A stretch of DNA of 64,000 nucleotides from Podarcis melisellensis (lineage: Eukaryota): assembly GCA_964234715.1 (NCBI GenBank), contig OZ174282.1, one strand, 5' to 3'. The notes below the pieces were generated by a model that did not search any database, had not been told where the DNA came from, and saw nothing but the letters and a program-made list of their open reading frames with translations. Numbering within the stretch: the stretch's first letter is position 1; each line of letters opens with the position of its first letter. Position numbers and translations under genes: made by a program. Shown here piece after piece: positions 59,941-64,000 of this stretch.

Positions 59941-60865
59941 CGAGGTCTTGTTCCCCTGAGCATGTGCAGAGGGCAGTCCTTCCCTCTCGCTTGGGGAAGC
60001 GCTCCTGTTGCCAGTGAGCAAGTTCCCGGCGACTGCGGAAAGGAAAATGCACTCTGCCCATGCTCCGAAGTACACTTTTTTCTGACCGTAAACTTCTTCC
60101 CTCTGGTTGTCGAATGCCCCTCATTTAAGAGGCTCCAGGGCTCAGATTAAGCCGGTGCTCGAAGTAGGGGTGGGGGTGGTCGTCTTCTAAAAACATCCCT
60201 TTATTTATTATTACGCCCTCCAGGCGCCTGGTGCTCTCCAAAGAACCATCAGGACAGGTCCCTGGAGGAGTTTGCAGTCCAGAAGCATAATCAGTTATGT
60301 GCGCAGTTGCTACATGATTTGCCCCAGGACTGCAGAGATGAAAGGAGGCCCATGCTGGTTTCTGCCCTAGATCAGGGGACAAAGGAGAACCAGGACCCTG
60401 TGATTCTGCCCTCACAGGAAGTATGGGCATCCACAGGGGTGGGTGGGACATGACCCAAAACTCCCTGACTCCACAGTCTGTTTCTAGCATGCGTGGAACC
60501 TGAGATATGAGATGAAAGGTGTAGCCATGATTCTTCTCGTTTTCTGGCCTGTTTCCCCCTTTCAGTGCTTTACTTTGCCCCAGCGAAAAGTTCCTGCTGA
60601 GGCCCATGCCCCAAAGAGCGCCATAGCAAGCGGAGTATGCCATCTGTGGGCCAGGGGACGTGACTGAAGTGATACCTAGCTTTCAGGTTTGATTAAGCCT
60701 AGAGGAAGTGGGAGAATAAGGAAAATACACAAGAGGTTAGATACCTGTTGCTTTAACTTCATTTATAAAGCAGCTCCAATGCTGGATCCCAAATATTTTT
60801 ATTCTGAGGGATAATTCCCACTCACAAAGAATTTTTTTTTGACAAATGCCTCTTTCTCTCCCTAG

Positions 60866-60969
60866 AGATATCACCCCCCTCTTAAAGGACCCGGTTGCCT
60901 TTGCAGCTGCAATTGATCTCCTGGAAGCTCACGTCAAGGCCTCACATCCCCAGGTTGAGTACATTGCAG
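60866..60969 (+). CDS. APRT: APRT exon 2: [34 protein letters not shown]
   Basis: ccctag|A GAT...GCA G|gtgagt; 104 nt. Confidence 0.96.
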
Positions 60970-61518
60970 GTGAGTCAGGGACCAGTTTGTCTTTAAAGCT
61001 CTGGAGGGCACCAGGTTGGGGAAGGCTGTCCTTGAGAGAAAGTCAGTGGATCTTGAGGCCATGAATGCCCCATCTACAAACATGCTGCATCCTGACAACA
61101 AATCTTCCTCCCTTGACTCCTCTGAGTTCTCTGTGCATGCTCAGATGCACTCTTGGTCAAATGTATATGCCAAGGCTGAGCCACTGAAACCAGACAGTAC
61201 TCCCTTTAAATCACAAAGAGCTTGGCATTTGCTCCACTTAAGCCTCCACTGAATGGCCTTGCAAACAGCAAAAGAAGTGCAAAACCTGTTTCTCCCTGGT
61301 CTGCTAACTTTCTACTTGCGGGGGATTGCACTGCATAGAGAAGCATTCTGTCATGTGAATGCGTGCGGTGTGAAGTCCAGAGATAGGTTTACAATCTCAT
61401 CTTCCTGTCAGCAGGTAGAACACCTCACATACCACACTCACCGTGCCACAACGATGGGAGTACCGCTTTTAACTTTGAGGACTGAGAAAGTAAGCTGCTG
61501 CTTCTCTGCTTCTGACAG

Positions 61519-61652
61519 GTCTTGATTCCCGAGGATTCCTTTTTGGACCAGCTTTGGCACAGAGATTGGGAGTTGGATTTGTGCTAATACGGAAGAAGGG
61601 GAAGCTACCAGGTCCCACAGTGTCAGTTGCCTACTCTCTGGAATATGGCCAG
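61519..61652 (+). CDS. APRT: APRT exon 3: [45 protein letters not shown]
   Basis: tgacag|GT CTT...GGC CAG|gtattg; 134 nt; LDSRGF and RKxGKLPG motifs. Confidence 0.97.
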
Positions 61653-61955
61653 GTATTGGTGGATTTTTTTCTAGGAGATGGGAGGTGGGGGCTAATCAAA
61701 GGGTTTCAAATGCAGCTCTGGTGGAGGGGCTTCTAACGATCATCCAGTGTTGATTTATGCTGGCTCAGCAGGCGAATGCAAAGCCATTTTTTAAAAAAGT
61801 GTATTATAATTTTTAATTTACCACATTTGTACACCAAAAAATCTTAGAGCAGCTTAGCAAAGTCAGCTCTAAGACAGTCTCTTCCCTCACGCTCACAATC
61901 TAAAAATACGTGACACATGAGGAAAAAGGAGGAGGGAAAAGCTGAAACACAAATT

Positions 61956-62735
61956 CTTTTTTCCTTTTTTTATTTGCATTTTCAAAAACAGGAACAGAGC
62001 ACACTTCACCCCCCTCCGCCTGCCCCACTTACGACTTTGTACCAAATACAGCATGTATACATATACCATATAACTTCCCTTCCACCCTTTTCCTGGTTCC
62101 TTTGTTTTTCTACTCCATGTAATCACATCTTTTTAATCATCCAGTTTGTTATCTATTTAAAAACTATTTCAACGCTGCTGGATTTACTTGAGACCTGCTA
62201 AGCTATGTATTTGTTTATACTGGTTCTTAAAATATTCAGTAAACATTATCCAATCCTCCTCGTATTCCTTCTCTTTGTTTTCTCTTATCCTGTTTGTCAG
62301 ACCATCCAGTCCAGCATATTCGAACATTTTACACTGCCATTCATCCTTAGTGGGTACTATACATGTTCTCCATCTTTGTGCCAATGAGGTTCTAGCTGAG
62401 GCGGTGGCAAATAGTAATAAACTCTCTTTGGGTTTTTTTGGACCTCTGTTGTTACCATCCCCAAGAGGAAAATGTTTGGGGGAAAGTTTATATATATATT
62501 TAATTTTTTATGTATAGTTGCCCAATATTCCTTAATTACTTTAAAGGACCACCACATGTGGAAAAAGGATCCCTCAATTTTATTACACTTCCAACATATA
62601 CCTTTTTCTTTTTTTAGACATTTTCGCCAATCTGGTGTTGAACACCATCTGTGGGTCATTTCATCATATTTTCTTTTATCGCATAGCATGCTATGAAATT
62701 CATATTCATTTTCCACAGCTTTTCACATAATCCAT
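61956..62735 (-). mobile_element. L1-clade LINE 3' fragment in APRT intron 3
   Basis: Minus ORFs 62357..62716 and 62184..62384 give KMTHRW...CWKCNKIEGSFFHMWWS...YW...FLLG and EEDWIMFTEYFK (L1 ORF2 zinc-knuckle region); AATAAA and A-rich tail at about 61956-61975. Confidence 0.85.
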
Positions 62736-63081
62736 AATCAATATTGTGACACACATCTTGCCAAACACAAGTTCTTACAGTTCTTGGAAGTTACAACTGA
62801 GGCAAGTGGTGTTTCTGGCTGCCGTTTGCTTGATAAAGAGTAGCCCCACCCCTGAAGTCCTCTTTCCACCCCGATCCCCTATCAGCAGAGCTGATAGCAT
62901 CCATGCCACTGTTCTTCCCACAGACAGCTGACTTGCTGGCGGTTGAGTCCTCCCTGCTCCTGCGCCAATGCCAAGCAGTTCTGTCCCACATTTTGGGGTG
63001 ATGAGCCCCCACCCCAGGATTCTGGCCACTACATTGCCCATTCAGCAAGCCTAAAATCCACCCTTCTTTCACATCCCGCAG

Positions 63082-63160
63082 GCAGAGCTCGAAGTTCAAA
63101 ACGACGCAGTGAGCCCCGGTCAGAATGTGCTCTTGATCGACGACCTGCTTGCCACAGGAG
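63082..63160 (+). CDS. APRT: APRT exon 4: [26 protein letters not shown]
   Basis: ccgcag|GCA...GGA G|gtgaga; 79 nt; PRPP-binding motif [13 protein letters not shown]. Confidence 0.97.
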
Positions 63161-63960
63161 GTGAGAACCGGGCAGGTACTGAGGCTCTTGGGTAGAGAGG
63201 ATTGGCAGTCGGGGTCCTCTCCAGTTCTGCTGACACCCGAATGGAAGATGACGCCTCCGCGGGCTTAGCCCAAAGACAGACTTGCCATGTTCCTCTTTAT
63301 TCCTGCTCTCTTGCCTGCCCTTGTGGATTCATTGTGGGTGCGGGTCAGAACTGGGTGACATGCCAGGCTTTGCTTGCTCAAGGAAATGGGGACAGCAGCC
63401 ATGTTTTTCCTCCTTAATCTCAAGTGTGCAACATGATAGTTCTGCACCCGGGAGTGAAACAAGTCTGCAATCTCCATGCTAGGGTCGACATGTAAGCAGA
63501 TCTCAAGGCTAAAACATTATCCAGCGTCATTTTTCTGCCTTTTTGTTTTAGTGTCCTCCTCAAACGTTGCCTGGCCGCCACCTCTCAACTGGGTGTCACA
63601 TTTTTCCTGATGAGGAATTCTGGAGAACTCGGAAGCTTGCCCCATTTTTTAAACTTGGTCCTAATTACCCAATTGCAAACACATGGCGTAATGTTGGCCC
63701 ACTTGGGTTTAAAATGGGATTTAACTTATTGGTGGAGGACAAGGTTGTGCCCTACCCTATGCTGTTAAAAGCAGCATGCTCTGAGTGCCAGTTGTTGGGA
63801 ATCACAAGTTGGGAGAGAGAGATTCCCATAGCTGCCTGGTTGGCCATGGAGGGAACAGGATGTGGGCTCCAGCTGTGGGTTCTTCCCATGTTACAATCAA
63901 CAGTAGCTGAATAGTGCAGGTTTTTCTTCTGTATGAGTAACACCCCCATCTCTCATCTAG

Positions 63961-64000
63961 GGACCATGCAAGCTGCCTGTGAGCTGATGAAGAAGCTGGG
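63961..64000 (+). CDS. APRT: APRT exon 5 (partial, runs off the window): TMQAACELMKKL
   Basis: catctag|GG ACC ATG CAA GCT GCC TGT GAG CTG; completes ATGGTM. Confidence 0.92.

Noticed and set aside
60125-60643. 172-aa antisense ORF in APRT intron 1 (also 59584..60075)
   Set aside because: No homology or domain; long ORFs are expected by chance in GC-rich promoter-proximal DNA.

Overview
Vertebrate genomic DNA from a squamate, probably a lacertid lizard (inferred from Squam3-like SINEs with (CTT)n tails and BovB, CR1, L2 and L1 fragments). It carries the TRAPPC2L-GALNS-APRT block, in the same order as human 16q24.3. TRAPPC2L is complete on the minus strand (5 coding exons, 139 aa) and has a U12-type intron 2. 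It lies head-to-head with a complete 14-exon GALNS on the plus strand (518 aa, sulfatase active-site motifs intact), with 536 bp between the two ATGs. APRT follows on the plus strand (exons 1-4 and the start of exon 5, cut off by the window end). The introns contain many mobile elements: a solo LTR with an exact TSD, Tigger/hAT/Tc2-like MITEs, SINEs, CR1, L2, L1, a BovB 3' end with a 12-bp TSD, and a decayed RTE-1-type LINE not visible in the ORF track. They also contain microsatellites, one 143-N assembly gap, and many repeat-free, motif-dense blocks that look like conserved enhancers. Most entries in the ORF track are spurious. I found no clearly new gene system. The most notable items are splice features around GALNS exons 10-11 (a regenerated 5' splice site, and an inverted SINE pair around an in-frame 240-nt unit), the minor intron, the CLEAR/RFX/YY1 bidirectional promoter, the RTE-1-like relic and the candidate enhancer array. 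All coordinates were read by eye: exon boundaries are exact, repeat boundaries approximate.
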